A DNA stretch of 64,000 bases from an uncultured delta proteobacterium. Its GTDB lineage: Bacteria; Myxococcota_A; Polyangia; Palsa-1104. Shown piece after piece: positions 51,560 to 64,000 of the stretch. The notes under the pieces were generated by a model. It saw only the letters and a list, made by a program, of their open reading frames with translations, ran no database searches and was not told where the DNA came from. A program made the position numbers and the translations under genes. Numbering within the stretch: the first letter of the stretch is position 1; each line of letters opens with the position of its first letter. The stretch is taken from contig CAWAWS010000016.1 of NCBI GenBank assembly GCA_963785725.1, positions 64,001-128,000 of the forward strand, given 5' to 3'.

Positions 51560-51594
51560 TACGTCATGTTACGTCATGGGATAGAGCGGTTCAA
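51560..51594 (-). promoter_or_regulatory. Sigma70 promoter of the giant TPR gene, overlapped by a tandem direct repeat
   Basis: TTGAAC-17 nt-TAACAT; TACGTCATG at 51560-51568 and 51570-51578. Confidence 0.55.
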
Positions 51595-51624
51595 CGGCGC
51601 CGGAAAAAGGTAAAACTGATCGGC

Positions 51625-52509
51625 ATGGCGCTCTTTTCACGACGAACACTGGGCACGGACGACATCGAGGTCGTGGGGCTGCCGAAACGCGCCTGGGCCA
51701 ACGACCTCTATCACCTGCTCTTGCGCGCGCCGTGGTGGGCCGACCTCGTGGCGCTGTCGCTGGCGTTCCTCTTCGCCAACTTGGTATTCGCGATTGCCTT
51801 CCAGCTCGTCGGTGGCGTCAATGGCGCACACGGCTTCGGCGATCTCTTCTTCTTCGCCGTGCAGACGATGGGGACGATCGGCTACGGCGCCATGTATCCG
51901 GCGACGACCGCCGCGGAGATCGTGGTGACGGTCGCCTCGTTGACGCAGATCTTCCTACTCGCGGTCACGACCGGGCTCGTGTTCTCGAAGTTCAGCGTGC
52001 CGCGAGCGCGCGTACAGTTTTCCAAGCACCCAACGATCGCGCCCTCCGACGGCGTGCCGACGCTGCAGTTTCGCATCGGCAACGAGCGCGAGTCGCTGCT
52101 GCTCGAGGCCACGGTGCGGGTCGTCCTGATGCGGACCGAGAAGACGAAAGAGGGCGTCGTCATCTACCGCATGCACGACGTGAAGCTCGAGCGCGAGCGG
52201 TCGCCGGCGCTGACGCGCTCGTGGACCGTCATGCACAAGATCGTGCCCGGCAGCCCGATGTACGGCGCGTCACCGGACACGCTCGATCGCGACGAGGTCG
52301 AGTTCATCGTGACGCTCATCGGCACCGACGAGACCTCGGCGCAACCACAACATGCGCGCATGCGCTTTTACGCGCGCGACGTGCAGTGGGGCAAGCGCCA
52401 CGCCGACATGCTGAGCGAGCGCCCCGACGGCGGCCTGCGCCTCGACATGTCCAACTTCCATAGCCTGGTCCCGACGCAGCCCACCGACGACTTCCCATAC
52501 GGCGGCTAG
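51625..52509 (+). CDS. Inward-rectifier potassium channel (KirBac-type)
   Basis: DLYHLLLRAPW slide helix, FFFAVQTMGTIGYG filter, FSKFSVP, FRIGNER, SWTVMHKI...SPM. Confidence 0.92.
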   Translation: MALFSRRTLGTDDIEVVGLPKRAWANDLYHLLLRAPWWADLVALSLAFLFANLVFAIAFQLVGGVNGAHGFGDLFFFAVQTMGTIGYGAMYPATTAAEIVVTVASLTQIFLLAVTTGLVFSKFSVPRARVQFSKHPTIAPSDGVPTLQFRIGNERESLLLEATVRVVLMRTEKTKEGVVIYRMHDVKLERERSPALTRSWTVMHKIVPGSPMYGASPDTLDRDEVEFIVTLIGTDETSAQPQHARMRFYARDVQWGKRHADMLSERPDGGLRLDMSNFHSLVPTQPTDDFPYGG

Positions 52510-52536
52510 GACTTCTCTCGCGCAGCGTTCGGCGCT

Positions 52537-55916
<3,380 letters not shown>

Positions 55917-55920
<4 letters not shown>

Positions 55921-56662
55921 AACGTCATCCGCAGGCCGCCCGGCGCCATCGCCAGCGACAGCTTCTGGTCGCGGCCGGCGGTGGTGAGGAACGTGCCGCC
56001 GATGGTGCAGCCGAGCACGGCCACCGACGTGCCGGCGAAGATGAGCCCGACGCCGATGTCGGCCGAGTGGCTTGGGTCGCTTGGCCGCCCTCGTCGTCGA
56101 TGCTGATGCCGGCGGCGAGCATGCCGCCGCCGACCATGGCCGCGATCTCGCCGAGCACGCCGACGCCGATGAGGATGCCGCCGGCGATGCGGCGGTTGCG
56201 CAAGGAGCCGAGCAGCTCGAAGTCGCCGTCGCGCAGCCGAGTCTCTTCGCTGGCGCCCAGCTGCCACAAGATCGGACCGACGGTGATGGCCGAGCCGCCG
56301 AGCGCGCCGAAGATGCTGGCGAGCGTGATGCCGCTGACCTGCATGTCGTAGTTGAAGCTGCGGCTGGAGGCGACCAAGAGCGGCACACCGGCGCCGAACG
56401 CGACGACGAGCGCGCCGATTCCGGCCAACGTCAAGGAGCGGCCGATCACTTTGCGATGCTGGGCGTGCTCGAGCAGCGTCGGCTTGCGTAGCTGGCGCGG
56501 CAACAAATCCATCGGCCTCTGATCGGGAATGAGCGGCGCCGGCGGCGGAATCAGCGACGGCGGCGGCGGCGAGGTCGTGTGCAGCGACTCGGGATCGGCG
56601 CGCACCAGCGACGGCAAGGCGAAGGAGACCAGGGCCAATTTGACGAGCCGCGACAGGATCAT
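55917..56662 (-). CDS. Multi-TM hypothetical membrane protein with signal peptide, frameshifted near 56065-56090
   Basis: Signal peptide, Pro-rich linker, four Gly-rich TM helices, ends LSLAMAPGGLRMTF; two +1 insertions restore a 247-aa frame. Confidence 0.6.
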
Positions 56663-56793
56663 GTTCCCGCGTTACAGCAATCGGCGTGCCGCACGCAGAC
56701 GCACGCAGAGGGTGCCGCGATCGCGTCGTCGCATGGCTGAGGTTGAACGGTGGGCGACGATGATCTGTCTACTCGCGTGCTACAGTCGCGCCC

Positions 56794-58521
56794 GTGCGGC
56801 TGCTGCACAAGATCGCGCTGCTGCTGATGGCGGCGGCGACGCTGCCGCTGGCGACGGTGGGCTTCGCGCTCATCGCCCGGCATCAGCGCGCGCTCGAGGC
56901 GGCGGTGCGCGACACGCTCGATCAGACGGCGCGTCACGCGGCGGCGGTCGTAGCCGGCGACATCGAAGGCCGCGCGCGGCAGCTGGCGCAGACGGCGAGC
57001 ATGATCGAGTGGGATCGGCTGTCGCCCGACGAGACCAAAGGCGCGCTGGCGCTGCTCGTGCGGCAGGTCAAAGCCACCGACGCGACCGTGCTGCGCGCGC
57101 CCGCCGGCGACGACGGCTGGACCGCGCACGCGCCCTTCGAGCGCGCCCGCAAAGAGGGGCGCGGCGCCGTCGTCTACGGCGAGCCCTTTCGTCTCGACGG
57201 TCGCATGATGCTGGCGGCGGCGACGGCGGCCAACAGCGCGGGCGATCGCGTGCTGGCGCTGTCGATCGCGCTCGGCCCCTTGTCGCGCGCGCTCGATGAA
57301 GTGCGCGGCGCCGGCGCGCCCACGCTGACACTGGTCGACGGCGGCGGTCGACTGCTGGTCGGCTTCGCCGCGCCCGATCAGGACGCCGTCACCGACGCCG
57401 TCGCCGGCAAGGATGGTCACGCGCGCCGCTTCGCGCACGGACGCTGGCTGGCGTCGTCGGCGCCCGTCGGTGGCTTGGGCTGGTCGGTCATCGTCTGGGA
57501 GCCGGCCGAGCAAGCGTTCGCCGCCGCCCGCGCGCTGCGCACACAGACGTTATGGGCGACGCTCGCGGCCGCCCTCCTCGCCCTCGCCGTCGCCGTCGCC
57601 TTTGCGCGCACGCTGACCGCGGCGCTGGAGCGGCTCAGCGTCGCCGCCCGTGCGCTCGGCGCCGGCAAGCTCGACACGCGCGTCATCGCCGTCGGTGACG
57701 ACGAGGTCGGCACCTTGGCGCGCACCTTCAACGACATGGGCGAAGAGCTGGCCCAAGGCCGCGCCGAGATCGAACGTTGGAACAAGGAGCTGGAGGCGCG
57801 CGTCCTCGAGCGCACCGAAGCCTTGAAGCAGGCGCAAGCGCAGCTCGTGCAGGCGCAGAAGCTGGCCGCGCTCGGTCAGCTCGGCGCCGGCGTCGCGCAT
57901 GAGATCAACAATCCGCTCGGCGGCGTCATCGGCCACGTGCAGCTGCTCTTGGCCGAGCGCACGCCCGACTCGGCCGATTACGAGTCGCTGCAGCACATCG
58001 AGGAAGGCGCGCGGCGGGCGTCGCAGATCGTGCAGAACCTGCTGCGCTTCAGCGTGCAGCGGCAGTCGCCCGTGCGCACGTCGGTCGACGTCAACAAGCT
58101 CGTGCGCGACACGCTGTCGCTGACCGAGACGCTCGTGCGCGAGCAGCAGATCGACCTCGTCTACGCGCTTGGCGAGCCGCCGCCACGCGCGCACGGCGAC
58201 GCCGGCCAGCTCGCGCAAGTGCTGCTCAACCTCGTGTCCAACGCACGCACCGCCATGCCGACCGGCGGCACGCTCACCATACGCACGCAACGGGAAGGCG
58301 CCGAGGTCGCGCTCTCCGTCGAGGACAGCGGCAAAGGCATCGCCGCCGAGCTGCACGAGCGCATCTTCGAGCCGTTCTTCACCACGAAGGACGAGTGGTC
58401 CAACGTCGGCCTCGGCTTGAGCGTCAGCTATCGGCTGGTCGCCGAGCACGGCGGCCGCATCACCGTCCGCAGCGAACCCGGCCATGGCGCCACGTTCACT
58501 GTATATTTGCCGGCCTCGTGA
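56794..58521 (+). CDS. Membrane sensor histidine kinase (periplasmic Cache-like region, HAMP, NtrB-type core)
   Basis: Two TMs, DEVGTLARTFNDM, GVAHEINNPLG, QVLLNLVSNA, DSGKGI, FEPFFTTK, GLGL. Confidence 0.92.
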   Translation: MRLLHKIALLLMAAATLPLATVGFALIARHQRALEAAVRDTLDQTARHAAAVVAGDIEGRARQLAQTASMIEWDRLSPDETKGALALLVRQVKATDATVLRAPAGDDGWTAHAPFERARKEGRGAVVYGEPFRLDGRMMLAAATAANSAGDRVLALSIALGPLSRALDEVRGAGAPTLTLVDGGGRLLVGFAAPDQDAVTDAVAGKDGHARRFAHGRWLASSAPVGGLGWSVIVWEPAEQAFAAARALRTQTLWATLAAALLALAVAVAFARTLTAALERLSVAARALGAGKLDTRVIAVGDDEVGTLARTFNDMGEELAQGRAEIERWNKELEARVLERTEALKQAQAQLVQAQKLAALGQLGAGVAHEINNPLGGVIGHVQLLLAERTPDSADYESLQHIEEGARRASQIVQNLLRFSVQRQSPVRTSVDVNKLVRDTLSLTETLVREQQIDLVYALGEPPPRAHGDAGQLAQVLLNLVSNARTAMPTGGTLTIRTQREGAEVALSVEDSGKGIAAELHERIFEPFFTTKDEWSNVGLGLSVSYRLVAEHGGRITVRSEPGHGATFTVYLPAS

Positions 58522-58534
58522 GCGGGCGTGACTC

Positions 58535-59422
58535 ATGAGCGGACGATGGGCCCTCGGCGTGGCGCTGTTGGCGCTGTTGGCCGGTGTCGCGTCCTATTGG
58601 CTGTTCCTCGTCCATCCCGAGCGCGTCGTCGAGCATCCGCCGGTGGCCGCGCCCGAGACGCTGGTCCTGTCGGCGATGTCCGGCGGCGTCGAGATCGCCG
58701 GGCCCGACGGCGTCTGGCGCGCGGCGCAGCTCGGTGAACGCTTGAGCCCGCGCCAGCGCATCCGCACCGACGAGGACGGCGAAGCCGAGCTGCGCGCCAC
58801 CGACGGATCGACGGTGCGCCTGTCCAACGCCACCGACGCCCGCGTCGACGAGCTGCGCCGCGAGCTCAAACGCTTGAGCTTGGCCGCCGGTCAATTGACC
58901 GCCGACGTGCGCGACGATCCGACGCGCGTCTTCGAAGTCGCCGTCGACGGGCAAGGCGGCGTCGCCCGCACCCGCGGCGCGCGCTTCACCGCCAACGTCG
59001 ACAAGAGCGGCGCCGCCGTCGCCACCCATCGCGGCGAGGTCATCCTCTCGGCGCGCGGCAAGGAGGTCGTCATCCGCTCGGGCCAGTTCGCGCGCCTGGC
59101 GCCGGGCGGTGTCCCCGAGCCGCCCGAGCCGCTGCCGCAGTCACTGTTCCTGAAAGTTTCGTGGCCCAAACCGCTCGGTAACAAGAAGCGCGTGGCCGTT
59201 TCGGGGCTCACCGCCCCCAACGCACGAGTCAAGGTCGCCGGACATTTCGTAAGTGTCAATGCAGACGGTACTTATCGGGACGAGCTGGAGCTGGAGGACG
59301 GGAGCCACGAAATCGAGGTCCACGCTAGCGATTTGGCCGGTCACGTGGTCGACGAGAAATCGCCGCGTATCGTGATCGACACCAAAACCGATTTCAAGGT
59401 CCACCCCCCACAATGGAAGTAG
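58535..59422 (+). CDS. Membrane-anchored FecR-domain protein with C-terminal Ig-like domain
   Basis: N-terminal TM; IRTDEDGEAEL-DGSTVRL, LAAGQL, ARTRGARF, GEV; VSGLT-PNARVKV...GSHEIEVHASDLAGH. Confidence 0.8.
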   Translation: MSGRWALGVALLALLAGVASYWLFLVHPERVVEHPPVAAPETLVLSAMSGGVEIAGPDGVWRAAQLGERLSPRQRIRTDEDGEAELRATDGSTVRLSNATDARVDELRRELKRLSLAAGQLTADVRDDPTRVFEVAVDGQGGVARTRGARFTANVDKSGAAVATHRGEVILSARGKEVVIRSGQFARLAPGGVPEPPEPLPQSLFLKVSWPKPLGNKKRVAVSGLTAPNARVKVAGHFVSVNADGTYRDELELEDGSHEIEVHASDLAGHVVDEKSPRIVIDTKTDFKVHPPQWK

Positions 59423-59450
59423 AGTGTTTTAGTGAGTGCACCTTTATATC

Positions 59451-59502
59451 GATTCGTAAGCTGATTCATACAATTGCAAACGTAAAACTTGGTGCATAAG
59501 AT
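59451..59502 (+). promoter_or_regulatory. Sigma70 promoter with upstream direct repeat
   Basis: TTGCAA(59474)-17 nt-TAAGAT(59497); GATTCGTA/GATTCATA at 59451 and 59463 in an AT-rich gap. Confidence 0.65.
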
Positions 59503-59509
59503 GACCTTC

Positions 59510-60928
59510 ATGTCGAACCGCGTGCTGACTTGCGCCTTCAGCTTGGGCCTGGTCGCCTCGATGAGCGTAAACGCGCTCGCTCAGGTCTCCTCGGGAACGA
59601 CGCAGCAAATCGGAGCGGTGAGCGGCGCAACGCAAACGACACCGGCTGTCAGCGGCACGAACCTCGTGTGGACCAACGTCAGCGGCAGCAACTTCGACGT
59701 CTACTATCAGGACATCAGCACCGGCGCGGCGCCGATCAACCTCACCAACACCGCCAGCGACAACGAGCTCTTGCCCGTCGTCTCCGGCACCAACGTCGCG
59801 TGGACGCACTTGAGCGCGTCGTCGTCGGGCGACATCGTCGCTTGCGTCGCCACCAACTGCAAGCCGACGACGATCGAGTCGGCCTCCAGCGTCGTTCACT
59901 TCGCGCATCCTGCCATCAGCGGCAACTACGTCGTCTTCGAGCGCATCACGGGCCAGTACGACATCGACATCTTCGATTTGAGCATCGGGGCCGCGCCCGG
60001 CCCGCAGATCACGCGCGATGCGGCGGCGCAGATGCACCCGCGCGTCTCCGGCGACATCGTCGTTTACGAGGACTACAACGCCAACCCGAACGTGCCGGCC
60101 ACGTACGGCTACCACGTGTCGACGAGCGGCCCGGCCTTCCTCATCGCGCCGCCGCCGGCGGCGACGCCCGACATCGACGGCACCAACGTCGTCTACGTCG
60201 GCGCCGACGCGGCCGGCAACAATCAGATCATGCTCTACAACATCACCACCGGCGTCACCACCCAGCTGACGACGGCGGCGAGCACGAAGATCGCGCCGCG
60301 CATCAGCGGCACCCGCGTCGTCTGGGCCGACAACCGCAACGGCGTCGACAACGACGTCTACGTCTACGACTTGTCGACGAGCACCGAGACGATGTTGGCC
60401 GGCGGGCCCGACGACCAGAGCATGCCCGACGTCGACGGCGGCCGCATCATCTACAGCGCGTCCGACGGCAACGGCAACCCGTTCGTCTACCTGTACACCT
60501 ACCCGGGCACGACCACGACCTCGAGCTCGCCGACGCCGCCCGTCACCGCCCTGCCCTTCGGCTGTGACCCGACGCTGACCGATCTCGTCGACGGACCGAT
60601 GGTGCTCACCGAGACGACTTCGGCGACGATCAGCGGCTCGCGCTCGTTCAAGTCGGTCTCCGGCAAGAGCTACTACATGTGCGTCACCAACGGAAACGCC
60701 GACGGCACCGGGCGTTCGTCGCACATCATGGGGACGGTCGACGGCACCATCGTGTTGACGCCGACGGCCTTGGGCGCGGCCTCGAGCCCGGTCGCGTACG
60801 CCGCGGTCACGGTCTTGGCGACGAGCGCGACCCCGGCCACGACGAGCACCGGCACCCACACGTGGGCGGTCGCGCTCTACGCGCAGGCAAATACGACCGC
60901 CAGCATCAGTATCCGCGTCGCCAAGTAA
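59510..60928 (+). CDS. Secreted beta-propeller repeat protein (Methanosarcina surface-protein-type repeats)
   Basis: Signal peptide ending ALA; about seven PxISGxxVVW/Y...DVYxYDL repeats; Thr/Pro linker and C-terminal beta domain. Confidence 0.8.
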   Translation: MSNRVLTCAFSLGLVASMSVNALAQVSSGTTQQIGAVSGATQTTPAVSGTNLVWTNVSGSNFDVYYQDISTGAAPINLTNTASDNELLPVVSGTNVAWTHLSASSSGDIVACVATNCKPTTIESASSVVHFAHPAISGNYVVFERITGQYDIDIFDLSIGAAPGPQITRDAAAQMHPRVSGDIVVYEDYNANPNVPATYGYHVSTSGPAFLIAPPPAATPDIDGTNVVYVGADAAGNNQIMLYNITTGVTTQLTTAASTKIAPRISGTRVVWADNRNGVDNDVYVYDLSTSTETMLAGGPDDQSMPDVDGGRIIYSASDGNGNPFVYLYTYPGTTTTSSSPTPPVTALPFGCDPTLTDLVDGPMVLTETTSATISGSRSFKSVSGKSYYMCVTNGNADGTGRSSHIMGTVDGTIVLTPTALGAASSPVAYAAVTVLATSATPATTSTGTHTWAVALYAQANTTASISIRVAK

Positions 60929-60962
60929 CCCCGCTTCCGATATGCTGCGCCCTCGACGGCGC

Positions 60963-63008
60963 ATGCGCCTCTTGCGATCGATCGTGCTGATGTGCGTGGT
61001 CGTCGTTGCCCAAGTGGCGCAGGCGGCGCCGCTGGACGTTGTCCTGTTTCCGGCCGCGCCGCTCGCCGCCGACGGTGAAAAGACGCACGAGCTGCGGCTT
61101 TACGTCGTGGCCGGCGATGCGCTGGCGCCGGGTGTGCCGACGGTTCGCGCGGCGCGCGGCGCGATCATGGGCGCGCCGGCCGCCAGTCGTGACGGTGGCG
61201 TCGTCGTGCGCTATCGGCCGCCCCGAGCCGCGGCGCCGGCGCGCGACACGCTGATCGTCGTGCTCGACGGGCGCGAGGCGCGGCTGCCGATTGCGCTCGA
61301 GCCGACGGGCCGGCTCAAGCTGACGCTGGAAGCACCGGAGGCGCCGATCATCCTCGCGCGCGATCCGAAGTCGAAGGTCAAGACGACGCTGACGCTGCAC
61401 GTGCGCGACGCGGCGGGGCGGCCGGCGGCGGCGCCGTTGCGGGTGAGCGCGTCGGTCGGCAGCGTCGGCCCGGCGCGCGAGACGGCGCTCGGCGAATACA
61501 GCATCGACTACACGCCACCCGAGGCGCGCTATCCGGAAGTGGCGATCGTGGCCGCGTCTTCGGTGTCCGATGGCGCGTTCGTGGCCGCGCCGTTGAAGCT
61601 GGCGGCGCACGTCACCGTCGACGGCGAAGGCGAGCCGGGCGCGAGCATGAAGATCGCCGTCGACGGGCAGCCGCCGGCGGCGACGACGATCGGCGCCGAC
61701 GGACGCTTCAGCCTGCCGCTCATCGTGCCGCCGGGCGGCCACGCGGTCGGCGTCTCCGTAGACGCGCTCGGCAATCAGCAAAAGCGCGACATCGATCTGG
61801 CGCTGCCGCCGTTTCCGCGCCTGCTCATCGCCGCGGTGCCGGCCGAGCTGCCCGCCGACGGCAGCGCGCACGCCGAAGTCGTCGCCTACGCCGTCGACGC
61901 GCGCGGCAATCCCGAGCGTTCGGCGCCGCCCGAGCTGACCGCGGACGTCGGAGCGCTGTCGCCGCCGGAAGCGCGCGGCGACGGCTCGACGGCGTGGATC
62001 TACACGGCGCCGGCGACGCTCGGCAGCGGCGCCGCCCAGCTGCGCGCGCCCGGCGCCGACGCGCGCGTCCTCTTGCGCGCCGGTCGACCGAAGTCGCTCG
62101 TCGTGACGGTGCCGAAGGAGCCGCTGTCGGCCGGGCTCGATCGCCCCGTCACCATCGAAGCGCGGCTCAGCGACGCCGCCGGCGCGCCGGTCAGCGGCGC
62201 CGAGCTGCACGCGACGCTGGCCGGCGGTCGCGTCGTCGGCGTGCACGATCGCGGCGCCGGCCGCTATGCCATCGAGCTGCTCACGCCGCGCGACGCCGGT
62301 CGCGGCGAGGCGCAGCTGCACGTCGAGGTCGCCAACGTGCCGCCCGGCCCGCCGCGACGGGTGACGCTGCATTGGCTGCCGCCGGTCGACGAGCGCTGGA
62401 GCGCCGAGGCCTGGCTCGACGACGACGTCGGGCTGCCGGTGCCGAACGCCGCGATCGCGATGGCCGCGCCCTCCGAGCACTTGCAGTCCGACGAGCGGAC
62501 CGATCGCTTCGGCACGGCGCGGCTCCGCTTTGCGCCGGCGACGACGCGGACCGCGCGCGTGACCGCCGAGCCGGCGGGCTTGCCCGGCGTCGGCGCGGCG
62601 CTCGATCTGCTCGTCGTCGGCGGCGTCGTGCACGCCGTGGCGAGCGTGGCCGGCGGCGGCGTGGTCGACGGTGAAGCCGCGAGCTCGCCGCCGAGCTTTC
62701 CGTCGCTCGACGTCGCCCTGCCCTTACGGCCGGCGGCGTTTGCCGACGTTCGACTGAGCTTCGAGCCGCAGAAGCCGCGCGTGGGCCAACCGGTGCGCGT
62801 GCACGTCGACCTGCGCGTCGGGGATCCGTCGCAGCTCTTGTATCAAGCGTCGTCGGGCAGCATCGAGGTCGTGCGTCCACCGGGCGCCGGGCCGGGCGAG
62901 CTGCGCTTCATTCCGCCCGACGACACGCGGCCGGGCGCGCGCTACATCATCTCGGTCACCGACGCCAAGACGCACGTCACCGCCTTTACGGAGATTCAGG
63001 TTCAATGA
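60963..63008 (+). CDS. Secreted multi-Ig (invasin-like) protein
   Basis: Signal peptide ending AQA; repeated L-P/A-ADG, VRDAAGRP / VDARGNP / LSDAAGAPVSGA, G-Y...YT-P Ig-like strands. Confidence 0.7.
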   Translation: MRLLRSIVLMCVVVVAQVAQAAPLDVVLFPAAPLAADGEKTHELRLYVVAGDALAPGVPTVRAARGAIMGAPAASRDGGVVVRYRPPRAAAPARDTLIVVLDGREARLPIALEPTGRLKLTLEAPEAPIILARDPKSKVKTTLTLHVRDAAGRPAAAPLRVSASVGSVGPARETALGEYSIDYTPPEARYPEVAIVAASSVSDGAFVAAPLKLAAHVTVDGEGEPGASMKIAVDGQPPAATTIGADGRFSLPLIVPPGGHAVGVSVDALGNQQKRDIDLALPPFPRLLIAAVPAELPADGSAHAEVVAYAVDARGNPERSAPPELTADVGALSPPEARGDGSTAWIYTAPATLGSGAAQLRAPGADARVLLRAGRPKSLVVTVPKEPLSAGLDRPVTIEARLSDAAGAPVSGAELHATLAGGRVVGVHDRGAGRYAIELLTPRDAGRGEAQLHVEVANVPPGPPRRVTLHWLPPVDERWSAEAWLDDDVGLPVPNAAIAMAAPSEHLQSDERTDRFGTARLRFAPATTRTARVTAEPAGLPGVGAALDLLVVGGVVHAVASVAGGGVVDGEAASSPPSFPSLDVALPLRPAAFADVRLSFEPQKPRVGQPVRVHVDLRVGDPSQLLYQASSGSIEVVRPPGAGPGELRFIPPDDTRPGARYIISVTDAKTHVTAFTEIQVQ

Positions 63009-64000
63009 GCGGCGCCGCCAAGCTCGCGCTCGCGCTGGCGCTGCTCGTCTTCGGCTGGGGCGGCGTCGCCCACGCGCAGGTCTCGATCGAGCTGACGAAG
63101 ACGGGCGTGTCGGGCAGCTACGCGGGCGGGATCATCTCTTACGAGCTCGCGCTGACGCAGATCAACGCCACGTCGATCGTCATTCACGATCCGACGCCGC
63201 CGGGAACGACGCTGCTCGGCATGCAAGCGGGAACGGCCAAGCTCGACTGCACGAAGACGCCGACGGGCATGCTGTCGACCGAGTATCCGAGCGTCAGCTG
63301 CAACGTCGGCGGCGAGGCGCAAATCCAAGTTGCCGCCTTCGCCAACGGACCGGCCAAGCTGATCTTGAGCTATCGCGCGCCGCCCATTGCCGGCGACGTC
63401 ACGAACACGGCCAACGTGACCTGCGCGACCGGCTGCACCGGCAGCAAGGCGACCTCGAGCGCGACCGTCGCCGTCGTCGCGTCGGCGGTCACGGTGCACA
63501 AGACGGGACAGGCGACGGCGGCGCCGGGCAGCATCGCCAGCTGGACGGTCATGGTCACCAATCCCGGGCCTTACGTGCTCGCGTCCGGGTTCTCCGCCGA
63601 CGACACGATTCCCAACGGCGCCACCTTCAGCAGCGTCGACGTCGGCGGCTCGAGCTTCACCGCCGCCAACCTGGTGACCGCGCAGACGGCCAGCGACGGC
63701 GCGACCGTGACGTTCGTCAATCGCAAGCTGTCGATCTCGGTGCCGACGCTGGCCTCGGGCGCGACCTACACGTTCGTGCTGCACGCGACGGTCGTCGGCA
63801 ACGTCGAGGGCGCGGTCATCACCAACACGGCCGTGGCGCGACCGACGGGCGGCGGCGGCGGCGACGTGACCTCGGCACCGGTGACGACGAGCGTGACGAA
63901 TCAGGCGCCGCCGCTGACGATCGTCAAGCGCGTCACGCCGACGCAGGCGCGGCTCGGTGACTCGGTGACCTATGCGGTGACGGTGACGCCGTCGTCGGCG
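63005..64000 (+). CDS. Secreted DUF11-repeat surface protein, truncated by the window end
   Basis: ATGA overlap; MSGAAKLALALALLVFGWGGVAHA signal; repeats LTKT..ISYEL..DPTPPGTT, VHKT..WTVMVTNPG..DTIPNGATF, IVKRVTP..VTYAVTV; absent from the ORF track because no stop is in the window. Confidence 0.8.
   Translation, partial: MSGAAKLALALALLVFGWGGVAHAQVSIELTKTGVSGSYAGGIISYELALTQINATSIVIHDPTPPGTTLLGMQAGTAKLDCTKTPTGMLSTEYPSVSCNVGGEAQIQVAAFANGPAKLILSYRAPPIAGDVTNTANVTCATGCTGSKATSSATVAVVASAVTVHKTGQATAAPGSIASWTVMVTNPGPYVLASGFSADDTIPNGATFSSVDVGGSSFTAANLVTAQTASDGATVTFVNRKLSISVPTLASGATYTFVLHATVVGNVEGAVITNTAVARPTGGGGGDVTSAPVTTSVTNQAPPLTIVKRVTPTQARLGDSVTYAVTVTPSSA

Overview
Very GC-rich bacterial chromosome segment. 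Gene content (giant TPR protein, PEGA protein, Ser/Thr pseudokinase, multi-receiver hybrid kinase, FecR/Ig-like surface proteins) points to a myxobacterium (Myxococcota, probably Polyangia); this assignment is inference. About 1-34.6 kb is mostly minus-strand core genome: purB-C-S-Q-L, a WalJ-like MBL hydrolase, a pseudokinase-FGE membrane protein, dut, pnp, rpsO, the rimP-nusA-ylxR-infB-ylxP-rbfA-nrnA-truB operon, a Nit1-type amidase, fadN-fadA, a PilZ protein, recJ and queA-tgt-yajC-secD-secF. About 34.6-64 kb is lineage-specific: a secreted HEAT-repeat protein, an acyl-CoA dehydrogenase plus phosphotransferase pair (LvaC/LvaA-, ACAD10/11-like), a PEGA protein, a ~3,800-aa TPR protein, a KirBac channel, a REC-GAF-PAS-HK-REC-REC-GGDEF(AGDDF) hybrid, and a HAMP kinase-FecR-beta-propeller-Ig-DUF11 surface locus that runs off the window. 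Four genes are broken by 14 single-base insertions, most likely long-read errors. The clearest pattern not explained by gene calls is that many operon-first genes have a -10 box 5-11 nt upstream of the start codon and no Shine-Dalgarno, suggesting widespread leaderless or near-leaderless mRNAs. No tRNA, rRNA, CRISPR array, IS element or prophage was seen. All family calls come from reading motifs by eye, not from database searches.
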